A stretch of DNA of 59,972 nucleotides from Candidatus Izemoplasma sp. (lineage in GTDB: Bacteria; Bacillota_I; Bacilli_A; Izemoplasmatales; Izemoplasmataceae): the NCBI GenBank assembly GCA_007117885.1, contig SKFS01000153.1, forward strand, positions 1 through 59,972. Direction: 5' to 3'. The translations under genes were made by a program, and so were the position numbers. The notes beneath the pieces were generated by a model. That model saw only the letters and a program-made list of their open reading frames with translations, was not told the origin of the DNA and made no database searches. Positions 1-8,830 of this stretch are shown here, one piece after another (positions within the stretch are counted from its first letter, which is position 1; each line of letters begins with the position of its first letter).

Positions 1-2094
1 GTTGCGCTCCCTGACGCAGAATTACCGGGGGGCTTAAAAATTAAGAAAACCTCCATTCGTGGTGTTGAATCAAGTGGCATGATTTGCAGTTTGTTAGAAC
101 TAGGTATCGAACATAAGTACCATTATGAGGAGGGCATCCATGTTATCGTGGATCCAGTTGAAGCCGGTGATGACGCATTAAAAGCCTTAGGCTTAAACGA
201 TTATGTACTGAACTTAGACTTAACGCCGAATCGTGGCGATTTATTAAGCGTGCTTGGTGTGGCGTATGATCTTGGCGCAATGCTTGGCATTAAGCTCGAA
301 GAAAAAACGGTGTCGGTTAACGAAAGCACTCGACGTAATCCACTATCTATTACGACAGAAACAGCCGATTGTTTAAGTTATTACGGTCGTGTGATCGATA
401 ATCTTACCATCAAGCCGAGTCCTTCTTGGATGAAAGCGCGTCTTATCGCTTCAGGGATTCGACCGATTAATAATGTTGTCGATATTACAAACTATGTAAT
501 GTTAGAACTTGGTCAACCTCTCCACGCTTTTGATTACGATTTACTCGATAGTGAAGAAATCGTCGTTCGAAATGCCAAGAAAAATGAAACGTTTGTGACG
601 CTTGATGATAAAACCCGGTTGCTTGAAGAAAGCGATATCGTTATAACAAATGGACAGATTCCTGTAGCCCTAGGAGGCGTGATGGGTGGGGCTCAAACAG
701 AAGTTACCCCACAAACACGTTCGATACTATTAGAGGCAGCTGTCTTTAAAAGTGAGAAAATACGGCAAACTTCACACCGCTTAGATTTGCGCAGTGAGTC
801 ATCGATGCGCTTTGAACGGGGGGTTGATCCTGTCCGGACTAAGAAAGCGTTAGAAATGGCCAGTGAGCTCTTTATAAAATACGCTGATGCAACGGTTCGA
901 CAAGGCATTGAGTATTTTGATCACACTGATCATGAGGCCCATCGCATCGAGCTCTCTTTAACTAAAATCAATCGCGTTTTAGGTAGTCATTATCGTCTTA
1001 ATGACGTTGAGGATGTCTTAAACCGCTTAGGATTTAATGTTACACAACACGAGGAACAACTCGTAGTTGATGTACCGAGCCGACGATTTGATGTTCGTAC
1101 GTATCAAGACTTGATTGAAGAAATCGGTCGAATTCAAGGGTATGATACATTGCCATCGACGCTACCAACAACCGTTTCGGTTGGAGGGCTATCCGATTAC
1201 CAACGCTTTAAACGGCTAGTTCGCCAAACGTTGACAGGGTTGGGGTTAGAAGAAGTGATCACCTACGCACTCGTTGAGCGTAAAACCGTTGATAAGTATA
1301 CGCGAACGAACCATATCGATGCCGTCAATGTTATGCATCCTATGACAGAATTACGTGAGACGTTAGCCTTAACACCGATTAATGGATTGCTTGACGTCGT
1401 TCGGTATAATGTGGCCCGTAAACTCGACGATGTCTATATTTTTGAAATCGGGAAACAGTATCAAATCGATGCCGAAAAAGACGTGTTAGCGATCGCCATA
1501 AAAGGCACTTATCGCGATTATGCATGGCAACCTTCACCCGAGACAAATTTCTTCACGTTAAAAGGTATTTTTGAAGCATTACTCGGACGTTTTAATATGA
1601 CAAACATCACTTATGAAAAGGTGGTGTTAGACCACTATCATCCTCACCAAACAGCATTAATCAAACATCATGATGTCGTCATAGGCCATTTAGGAAAACT
1701 CCACCCTGAAGAGGCGAAACGGCTGGATATTAGCGATGTTTATGTTCTTGATGTTGATTTAGAAACGCTATTTAAAGTGGCGGAACCGACACAACGGTAT
1801 CAGTTATTAGGGAAATACCCAAGTGTTTACCGTGATATTGCGATTGTTTGTGATAAGGACACTTTAGCCCAACATCTTGTCGATACAATTAAAGCACACA
1901 GTGATTCTCGTTTGAAAGCCGTCTCGATTTTTGATTATTATCGTGGTGAACATGTGGCTAAAGATAAAAAATCATTGGCGTTTAGACTTCAGTTTGAAGA
2001 TCCGCAAAAAACGCTCGAGACCAAAGATATCGATTATTTAATTGAACGGATTGTTAAAGCTTTAAACGATTATCATCAAGCGACGTTACGTTAA
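1..2094 (+). CDS. pheT: Phenylalanine--tRNA ligase beta subunit, 5'-truncated at the window edge
   Basis: The frame is open from nt 1 (VALPDAELPGGLKIKKTSIRGVESSG precedes the Met at 79). Overall PheT-like layout with a C-terminal FDX-ACB-type tail (YRDIAIVCDKD...SLAFRLQFEDPQKTLE). A hairpin terminator follows. Confidence 0.93.
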   Translation, partial: VALPDAELPGGLKIKKTSIRGVESSGMICSLLELGIEHKYHYEEGIHVIVDPVEAGDDALKALGLNDYVLNLDLTPNRGDLLSVLGVAYDLGAMLGIKLEEKTVSVNESTRRNPLSITTETADCLSYYGRVIDNLTIKPSPSWMKARLIASGIRPINNVVDITNYVMLELGQPLHAFDYDLLDSEEIVVRNAKKNETFVTLDDKTRLLEESDIVITNGQIPVALGGVMGGAQTEVTPQTRSILLEAAVFKSEKIRQTSHRLDLRSESSMRFERGVDPVRTKKALEMASELFIKYADATVRQGIEYFDHTDHEAHRIELSLTKINRVLGSHYRLNDVEDVLNRLGFNVTQHEEQLVVDVPSRRFDVRTYQDLIEEIGRIQGYDTLPSTLPTTVSVGGLSDYQRFKRLVRQTLTGLGLEEVITYALVERKTVDKYTRTNHIDAVNVMHPMTELRETLALTPINGLLDVVRYNVARKLDDVYIFEIGKQYQIDAEKDVLAIAIKGTYRDYAWQPSPETNFFTLKGIFEALLGRFNMTNITYEKVVLDHYHPHQTALIKHHDVVIGHLGKLHPEEAKRLDISDVYVLDVDLETLFKVAEPTQRYQLLGKYPSVYRDIAIVCDKDTLAQHLVDTIKAHSDSRLKAVSIFDYYRGEHVAKDKKSLAFRLQFEDPQKTLETKDIDYLIERIVKALNDYHQATLR

Positions 2095-2098
2095 GATG

Positions 2099-2134
2099 AG
2101 AGTCTCATTCAGTTAAGAATGAGACTCTATTTTT
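2099..2134 (+). terminator. Rho-independent terminator after pheT; it overlaps the last codons of the convergent MocR gene
   Basis: 11-bp perfect stem agagtctcatt/aatgagactct (2099-2109 and 2118-2128), 8-nt loop, then a T-rich tail (atttttat). Confidence 0.75.
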
Positions 2135-3411
2135 ATGAACCATTTTTGAAGACGTAAGAAATCGTCGTCTAAAAATCCGTGATAAGGTAGAAGCAGTGTA
2201 TTGGGCCATTCTTCAATAAATCGATAAAACCAGTTTGCCTCATTAAAAAGCTGAATTAATTGGCTTTTAATGTTTTGATCTTCAAGCGTAAATAAAACAT
2301 GAAGGTTGCTTTCTAACCCAGAGTAGGTCACGGCAGGATGGGTACATTTCAGTAATGTCTTGCGCATCAACTCATTTTGCTTTTTTGAAAAACTCGAGAG
2401 CTTACGTAAATGTTTTTGATAGGCACCCGATTGTATAAAGTGTGCGATGACGAGTTGATCGAGTGTTGACACGTTTTGGCTTAACGGTTCACGCTTTTGA
2501 TAGCGTATCATGAGAGATGGCGGTAAAACCATATAACTTAAACGTAACGAGGGCAATAGTTGCCGGGTAAATGAGCCGATGTAAATGACGTGTTCACCGT
2601 TGGATAAACTTTGAATCGAAGGAATTTGATAGGCGTTGTGGCGATAAATGTAATTGTAGTCATCCTCAATAATGTAGGCGTCTGCCTTTTTTGCATAATC
2701 AATCAACTTTACCCGTTCATTAAAGCCGATAACCTCACCAGAAGGATAGAGGTTAGACGGCGATATATAGATGAAATCAAGGGTGGCATTGAGCATTTTA
2801 TCAAGCGAAGTAAAAGGGATGAGCTGAAAGTTAAGCAGTTCAAACACTTTTTTTGCCTGATGGAAAAGGGGAATGAGATAACCTAAACGACGTTTATTAG
2901 TCATGTTCCCTAGCGTTTTAAGATGGGTTTGCATCCCTGAATCAATGAGCACTTGATCGCTGTTTGCTTTGACACCACGTTCGTGACGTAAATGGGTGAT
3001 GATTGCGTCTTTAAGAAGGGGTTCACCCGAGGTTTTTGGCGGATGATAAAGAGCCTCTGTTTGATTATGGATAACATGATTGATCGCCCTTTTGAATGCG
3101 TCAAGATGAAAAGTTTGCTTTGGTTGAGCAATGTTTTGGTAAGAAGGTTCGTGTATTTTTGGTTTTACTGTGGCGGTTCGATTAAACGATTGATGTTGGA
3201 TTGGGAGGACGTAATGACCACTTTTTGGTTGACTTTGAATGAACCCTTCTATTAGTAGCTGATTGTAGGCTTTTTCTATGGTTGTTTTACTTAAGTTATG
3301 TTTCTGTGCGAGCTCTCGGATTGAAGGCATTTTAGTGTAGGCTTTCATCTGATTTTGCATGATGGCGTTTTTATAATACGTATAAAGTTGTAAATATAAA
3401 GGCTTATCCAT
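2113..3411 (-). CDS. MocR/GabR-type transcriptional regulator (GntR winged HTH fused to a fold-type I aminotransferase-like domain)
   Basis: N-terminal GntR HTH (PSIRELAQKHNLSKTTIEKAYNQLLIEGFIQSQPKSGHYV). The aminotransferase-like blocks IIEDDYNYIY and GSFTRQLLPSLRLSYMVLPP line up with the GabR block TFSKSLLPGLRISYMVLPP (recalled from memory). Confidence 0.85.
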   Translation of the reverse strand: MDKPLYLQLYTYYKNAIMQNQMKAYTKMPSIRELAQKHNLSKTTIEKAYNQLLIEGFIQSQPKSGHYVLPIQHQSFNRTATVKPKIHEPSYQNIAQPKQTFHLDAFKRAINHVIHNQTEALYHPPKTSGEPLLKDAIITHLRHERGVKANSDQVLIDSGMQTHLKTLGNMTNKRRLGYLIPLFHQAKKVFELLNFQLIPFTSLDKMLNATLDFIYISPSNLYPSGEVIGFNERVKLIDYAKKADAYIIEDDYNYIYRHNAYQIPSIQSLSNGEHVIYIGSFTRQLLPSLRLSYMVLPPSLMIRYQKREPLSQNVSTLDQLVIAHFIQSGAYQKHLRKLSSFSKKQNELMRKTLLKCTHPAVTYSGLESNLHVLFTLEDQNIKSQLIQLFNEANWFYRFIEEWPNTLLLPYHGFLDDDFLRLQKWFIKIESHS

Positions 3412-3506
3412 AATCTGACCCCCTTTAGAATAGTTAAAACTGTACCTTTCAATGTGAACACATATTTATTATAATAAACCTAGAGTCAAAAAGAAAGAGT
3501 GATTAG

Positions 3507-4007
3507 ATGAAAACAAAAAGAATCGTATTAACGGCTGCCTTTATCGCGATGGTGACCGTAAGTACTTATATTCGCATTTACATCCCTATTGGGACAGGGG
3601 GATTAATCCATTTAGGCACCCTCGTTAGTTTTACGATCGCCATAAAGTTTGGGCGTCGTTACGGGGCAGTTTCGGGTGGTATCGGCATGGCACTTTTTGA
3701 TGTTTTGAGTGAGTGGTATGTTTGGGCGCCAGGAACATTAGTCATTCGTTTAGTCGCAGGCTATTTAGTGGGTCTTGTCGCGATGAGTCCTCGTGGTCAA
3801 GGTCAAAGCCGTGTCCGCAACGTCTTTGCAATCCTTGCAGGAGGTGTGGTCATTGTCAGTGGCTACTTTGTTTTTGAAGCGGTATTTTTAGGGACAGGAT
3901 GGGCTGCAATAATGAGTGTTCCTGGTAATTTAACCCAGATTGCCATCGGCTTTTTCTCGCTCTTTATCGTCGCTGCAATTCCCCGCTTAGAAGACCTTGA
4001 AAATTAA
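3507..4007 (+). CDS. Small polytopic membrane protein, probable ECF-transporter substrate-capture (S) component
   Basis: 166 aa, 5-6 hydrophobic helices, glycine-rich small-membrane-protein pattern typical of ECF S-components. No ecfA/ecfT genes nearby. Divergent from the MocR regulator. Substrate cannot be assigned from the sequence. Confidence 0.55.
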   Translation: MKTKRIVLTAAFIAMVTVSTYIRIYIPIGTGGLIHLGTLVSFTIAIKFGRRYGAVSGGIGMALFDVLSEWYVWAPGTLVIRLVAGYLVGLVAMSPRGQGQSRVRNVFAILAGGVVIVSGYFVFEAVFLGTGWAAIMSVPGNLTQIAIGFFSLFIVAAIPRLEDLEN

Positions 4008-4055
4008 GGTCTTTTTTGTTTTATAAAAACCCTTACATTCTTTTTTAAAATTAGG

Positions 4056-4084
4056 TTGTCATACAAGTTTTAGTTTGTTAAAAT
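4056..4084 (+). promoter_or_regulatory. Sigma-A-type promoter upstream of ald
   Basis: TTGTCA (4056-4061), 17-nt spacer, TAAAAT (4079-4084) preceded by TGt (extended -10). Confidence 0.45.
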
Positions 4085-4120
4085 ATAGTCGTGCTTATTA
4101 ACCAAATTTAGGAGGCAGTT

Positions 4121-5236
4121 ATGAAAATTGGAGTACCTAAGGAAATAAAAAACAATGAAAACCGTGTCGGAATCACACCGGCTGGTGTGAGTTTACTCGT
4201 CGCAAATGGGCATCAAGTATTTGTTGAAGCAACTGCGGGATTAGGCTCAGGAATTCAAGATGCTGAGTTTGTTGCTGCAGGAGCTAGCATGGTAAAAACC
4301 GCTGCAGAAGCTTGGTCACAAGAAATGGTGATTAAAGTTAAGGAGCCGCTTCCAAGTGAGTATGGCTTTTTTAGAGAAGACTTAATCATATTCACTTACT
4401 TGCACTTAGCTGCAGAAGAAGCTTTAACTGAAGCGCTCGTTAAGTCGAAGTGTAAAGCGATTGCTTATGAAACTGTACAAATTGGTAATTCATTACCGCT
4501 CTTACGTCCGATGAGTGAAGTCGCAGGCCGTCGTGGTACGATTGTTGCGGCAACACAACTCGAAAAACATCGTGGAGGTCGTGGGGTCTTACTTTCGGGT
4601 GTACCGGGTGTTGCACGGGGTCACGTTGTCGTCATTGGCGGCGGTGTAGCAGGCATTAGTGCAACGCGTATGGCGATTGGTTTGGGTGCACGGGTTACTA
4701 TGATTGAACTCAGTGAAGATCGCATGCGTTATTTAGAAGATATTTTTGATAAAGAAGTCACGATTTTAAAATCGAATCCATTGAATATCGCAGAAAGCTT
4801 AAAAACGGCGGATGCTTGTATTAGTACCATTTTAATTCCTGGTGCGAAAGCACGTAAAATTGTCACAGAAGAAATGGTTAAAAACATGCCTGAAGGCAGT
4901 GTGATCGTTGACATTTCTATTGATCAAGGCGGTTCAGTTGAAACGATTGATAGAATAACCACCCACGATAACCCAGTGTATGAAAAACACGGTGTGATTC
5001 ATTACAGTGTCGCGAACATGCCTGGTGCTACACCGAGAACTTCAACGTACGCTTTAACTAATGCGACGATACCGTATGCTTTAGACATTGCGAATAAAGG
5101 CTATAAACAAGCCTGTTTAGATTCTCTTCCATTGCGTTTAGGGCTCAACGTTTTAGATGGCCATGTTGTCTATGAGGCAGTGGCTGAAGCATTTGGCTAT
5201 TCGTATAAAGATGCTTTAGAGGTATTAAACACATAA
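4121..5236 (+). CDS. ald: Alanine dehydrogenase
   Basis: MKIGVPKEIKNNENRVGITPAGV N-terminus, NAD-binding VVVIGGGVAGISA, and 371-aa length fit the AlaDH/PNT family. GGAGG ribosome-binding site upstream. Confidence 0.92.
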   Translation: MKIGVPKEIKNNENRVGITPAGVSLLVANGHQVFVEATAGLGSGIQDAEFVAAGASMVKTAAEAWSQEMVIKVKEPLPSEYGFFREDLIIFTYLHLAAEEALTEALVKSKCKAIAYETVQIGNSLPLLRPMSEVAGRRGTIVAATQLEKHRGGRGVLLSGVPGVARGHVVVIGGGVAGISATRMAIGLGARVTMIELSEDRMRYLEDIFDKEVTILKSNPLNIAESLKTADACISTILIPGAKARKIVTEEMVKNMPEGSVIVDISIDQGGSVETIDRITTHDNPVYEKHGVIHYSVANMPGATPRTSTYALTNATIPYALDIANKGYKQACLDSLPLRLGLNVLDGHVVYEAVAEAFGYSYKDALEVLNT

Positions 5237-5243
5237 ACTATCC

Positions 5244-5273
5244 AACTCCTACGGTTTTGTAGGAGTTTTTTTT
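5244..5273 (+). terminator. Rho-independent terminator after ald
   Basis: Stem aactcctac/gtaggagtt followed by a T-run (5266-5273). Confidence 0.8.
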
Positions 5274-5341
5274 CGCGGAAATCATAAAAAGAACCGCCGC
5301 TATTGGTCGGTGCATATGGTATAATACTTGCAGGTGATACG

Positions 5342-6364
5342 ATGAGAAATATTTACAATGAAACCTTAGGTTCGCTTGAAGAAACCATTCATAAATCTGG
5401 CTATAAAGCGTATAGTGCTAAACAGATTTTTGATTGGATTTATAAAAAGAATGTTAGAGATTTTGGTAAGATGACAAACATCGCGAAGCCACTGCGTGTT
5501 TTTTTAGCCGAAAACTTTCGCTTTGGCAACCTGACAGTTTTCACGAAACAAGTTTCCAAAGATCAAACAAGAAAGTATTTGTTTGCGCTTGAAGATAACC
5601 ACTTAATTGAGACGGTTTTAATGGCTCACGATTATGGCAATAGCTTGTGTATAACGACCCAAGTTGGCTGCAATATTGGCTGTTCTTTCTGTGCGTCCGG
5701 CTTACGAAAAAAAATCCGAAACTTAACCGTTGCTGAAATGGTGATGCAGTTTATCGGTGTTCAAGAAGACACGAATCAACGGATTTCTCATGTTGTTATC
5801 ATGGGCACAGGTGAACCGTTTGACAACTACCAAAACGTCATCGATTTTATCGACATTGTCAATAGTCCTTACGGGATTGAAATCGGCGCGAGACACATTA
5901 CTGTTTCTACGAGTGGGATCATCCCTAAAATCGAAGCCTTTAGCCGTGAACCAAAACAGGTAAACTTAGCGATTAGTCTCCATGCTGCAAACGATACATT
6001 GCGTTCTAAACTCATGAAAATAAACGATGTCTATCCAGTGAAAGAACTAATAAAAAGTGTTCAAAATTACATTGATAAAACCCATCGTAGAGTCACGTTT
6101 GAGTACATCCTACTTCGCGATGTTAATGACGCGATTGCCGATGCCGATGAGCTGAGTGATTTGCTTAGAGGGATTAACTGTTACGTGAACTTAATCCGTT
6201 ACAATGCTGTTAAGGAATTTTCCTATCAACCGAGTGATGAAAAGCAAGCATTTGCATTTTATCAACGGCTATTGAAACGAGGCATCCAGGCAACTTTACG
6301 GAAAGAAATGGGTTCTGATATCGATGCAGCATGTGGTCAACTCCGTGCTAAAACGACACAGTAG
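5342..6364 (+). CDS. rlmN: 23S rRNA/tRNA adenine-C2 methyltransferase RlmN (radical SAM)
   Basis: CNIGCSFCASG radical-SAM motif, MGTGEP, and C-terminal DIDAACGQL. I place the start at ATG 5342 because TGgTATAAT (5317-5325) and AGGTGAT lie inside the longer ORF-track extension from 5303. Confidence 0.9.
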   Translation: MRNIYNETLGSLEETIHKSGYKAYSAKQIFDWIYKKNVRDFGKMTNIAKPLRVFLAENFRFGNLTVFTKQVSKDQTRKYLFALEDNHLIETVLMAHDYGNSLCITTQVGCNIGCSFCASGLRKKIRNLTVAEMVMQFIGVQEDTNQRISHVVIMGTGEPFDNYQNVIDFIDIVNSPYGIEIGARHITVSTSGIIPKIEAFSREPKQVNLAISLHAANDTLRSKLMKINDVYPVKELIKSVQNYIDKTHRRVTFEYILLRDVNDAIADADELSDLLRGINCYVNLIRYNAVKEFSYQPSDEKQAFAFYQRLLKRGIQATLRKEMGSDIDAACGQLRAKTTQ

Positions 6365-6373
6365 GGGGGAAGC

Positions 6374-8830
6374 ATGAACGTTTATGAAATAGTTATGCAA
6401 TCGGAAAAACCCTTAGTAGTTTTTACCGATCAAGCAACAAAACAACAGTTACTCCGACAACTTTCGCAGGCGAAGGTTTTTAAAGCGATGCAGTTTTTTA
6501 CACAAAAAGACCTTTATGAGAAGGTCTTTTTCGCTTATCGTGAAGCGACCTTATTTACGATGGCTGAGTGGTTAAATCTTCAACCTAAGATCGTTGAAAC
6601 AATCATAAAACATCTTTATCTCATTGATGTAAATCATGTATATGAGAGCTCCTGGCTCAATCAGCTTAAAATGGTTAAATTACGTTTAGTGGCTGAGAAA
6701 AAACTTATCTTCTATCCCTATTTGGAACAACTTTTCAAGGGTAAAACCGTTGTATCAACCCTTGAAGAAAATGACTTGAACAGTCATGCCCTTAAAATTG
6801 TTAGCGGGTATGCAAAAGTAGAAACCGTGTCAGTTCATCCTCGCAACACTAAAGCGTATTTAGCGACGTTTGAAACGATTGAGGATGAAGTGATTCATTG
6901 TGCAATGCGTCTTCGTCATACGGAGTGCTTAACTCATCAAGCTGTTTTAGTCAGTCATGACGATTATCGTCCGATCATCGAACGGATTTTTCATCAGTTT
7001 GAGCTGCCATTTCAGTGGCTAAAAGGCGAACCCTTACTCGCTTATCCTCCTGTGCAACGTTTCCTCAATGAATTAAAGAAGTCGCTTGAACCGATTGAGA
7101 AACGTATTGAGTCAGCGCTGCAAAATCTTAAAGAAGAGAGTGAACCTATCGTTCGCCGGCTGACAACAAAAATCGTCCAAATAATCAATGGTCTAGTTAC
7201 CTATTATCATCAACCTGAACGTTTCATTGAACTGTTTCAATATATTTGTGAGAAAACCGCGATTAAACCGCATCGTGTTGACGGTGCGATCTTCATCGGA
7301 CAGTATGAAGACTTACCCTTTTCATCGCTTGAAGTTCTCCATGTTCTTGGGGCGAGTGAAGGGATATTTCCTAAGCCGATTGAACCGTTTGATACACTCA
7401 GTGACGCTGAACGAAAAGAACTTAGCATGCGTTCTGTGCAACAATTAAACACCGATCGTAAGTTGCGTTGGATTACGACACTTAGCCGCCTTCCCCAAGT
7501 ATGTTATAGCTATGCACTAAAAGGCGCTAAAGAAGTTTTTTATCGCGCCAATCTTCTCGATGATTTAGAACTCAAAAAAGGCTATCAATCGTTTCCAACG
7601 TACGATATGGAAAGCCAGTGTTTTTCCGCTCGCTATGATTTAATGGTTGCTAAGGAACTCTATGATTATCAAAAAGAAACACAGGAAGAAGTGCCTTCTT
7701 TAAAACGGTATTATCATTGGTTTAAAGAACAGTTAACACCGCACAACCCAGCCTTTACTGGGGTCTCAGCAAAGACACTTAAAGAAATAATGCCTAAGCA
7801 GTTATCGATTTCCTACAGCAAACTAACGACCTTTTATAAGTGCCAGTTTCGTTATTTATTGGAACATATTTTAAAGCTCGACGACCCTACCGATACCTTA
7901 GCGATCGACATCGGTTCATTCTTTCACGAAGTCATTGAGAAACACGCCCACTACGACACGTTGAGTGATACACTTTTAGAAACCACGCTTAACGATTTGT
8001 TGAAGCGTGGAAAACGAAGTTATAGTGAACGAGAAATGTTCTTTTTGCGCTATAGTTTTGAAACCTTAAAGATCGTTTTTGAGGAGATTAAACGTCAAGA
8101 AAACCGTAGTGATTATACGGTTTTAGAGCGGGAAGTTTCCATAGAAAAGAAGTACTTATTTCAAGGCAAATCAGTTCGGTTTTCGGGTGTTATTGACAAA
8201 CTACTCGTTCGCGACGAAGCAGGCTTGAGTCATGTTTTACTGTTTGACTATAAGACGGGTAAGCCAACATTAAAACTCCACCACAGTTATTATGGGTTTG
8301 ATTCACAGTTGGTCTTTTACTTAGTATTACTAAAGATTTATTTTGCCGATAAACCGTATAAAGTAAACGGCTTTTATGAACAACTCATCTACCCAAAACC
8401 ACCGAAGTATCAAGAGGGAAAAACCAAAGCTGAACAAATAAACGATTCATTGGCTTGGGTTGGTTATACGATTGATAATGAACAAGAAGTCCATTACATC
8501 GATCCTCTAGCGAGTCAAAAGAGTATGATCTCAGGGATGCGTTTTAATAAAGACGATCGCTTCAATGCGAATGTTAAAACCTATCCTGAAGCCTTGATCA
8601 CACCGCTAACTGAACATGTAGAGGAGAAAATCGTCAAGGCGATTGAAGCGATTCTGCAAGGGGATTTTGCGATTAACCCCAAGCGCAACCAAAACGCTAA
8701 AGACTTGAGTTGCCTGTATTGTCAATATCAAGATATTTGCTATAAACGTTATGAAGACTATCGTGATATACGTGTACCTGAGAACCTCGATGATTTGATG
8801 GATAGTTTGAAGCGAGGTGAGTCTGAATGA
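6374..8830 (+). CDS. addB: AddB/RexB-type helicase-nuclease subunit B (short form)
   Basis: Overlaps addA by ATGA (8827-8830). C-terminal PD-(D/E)XK block (LLFDYKTGK) is bracketed by Cys in FYKCQFRY and CLYCQYQDIC (C-x2-C-x5-C), the AddB iron-staple pattern. No GxxGxGK[ST] motif anywhere near the N-terminus. Confidence 0.8.
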   Translation: MNVYEIVMQSEKPLVVFTDQATKQQLLRQLSQAKVFKAMQFFTQKDLYEKVFFAYREATLFTMAEWLNLQPKIVETIIKHLYLIDVNHVYESSWLNQLKMVKLRLVAEKKLIFYPYLEQLFKGKTVVSTLEENDLNSHALKIVSGYAKVETVSVHPRNTKAYLATFETIEDEVIHCAMRLRHTECLTHQAVLVSHDDYRPIIERIFHQFELPFQWLKGEPLLAYPPVQRFLNELKKSLEPIEKRIESALQNLKEESEPIVRRLTTKIVQIINGLVTYYHQPERFIELFQYICEKTAIKPHRVDGAIFIGQYEDLPFSSLEVLHVLGASEGIFPKPIEPFDTLSDAERKELSMRSVQQLNTDRKLRWITTLSRLPQVCYSYALKGAKEVFYRANLLDDLELKKGYQSFPTYDMESQCFSARYDLMVAKELYDYQKETQEEVPSLKRYYHWFKEQLTPHNPAFTGVSAKTLKEIMPKQLSISYSKLTTFYKCQFRYLLEHILKLDDPTDTLAIDIGSFFHEVIEKHAHYDTLSDTLLETTLNDLLKRGKRSYSEREMFFLRYSFETLKIVFEEIKRQENRSDYTVLEREVSIEKKYLFQGKSVRFSGVIDKLLVRDEAGLSHVLLFDYKTGKPTLKLHHSYYGFDSQLVFYLVLLKIYFADKPYKVNGFYEQLIYPKPPKYQEGKTKAEQINDSLAWVGYTIDNEQEVHYIDPLASQKSMISGMRFNKDDRFNANVKTYPEALITPLTEHVEEKIVKAIEAILQGDFAINPKRNQNAKDLSCLYCQYQDICYKRYEDYRDIRVPENLDDLMDSLKRGESE

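Noticed and set aside
5303-5341. Longer ORF-track starts for rlmN (5303), thiN (16577), rpe (15997), plsX (21616), spx (46791), the M24 peptidase (49102), alaS (53079), greA (59077), the mrp-like gene (28445) and tmcAL (29662).
   Set aside because: In each case the extension contains the promoter or ribosome-binding site, or overlaps the upstream gene or a terminator. The conserved protein N-terminus begins at an internal ATG with a properly spaced Shine-Dalgarno.
8827-8830. Possibility that TGA is read as Trp (Mycoplasma/Spiroplasma code 4), given the Mollicutes-like gene order.
   Set aside because: TGA terminates well-defined genes at the expected length (for example addB at 8828-8830). 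Standard-code translation gives full-length proteins throughout. The trpS T-box specifier is TGG. Code 11 fits.
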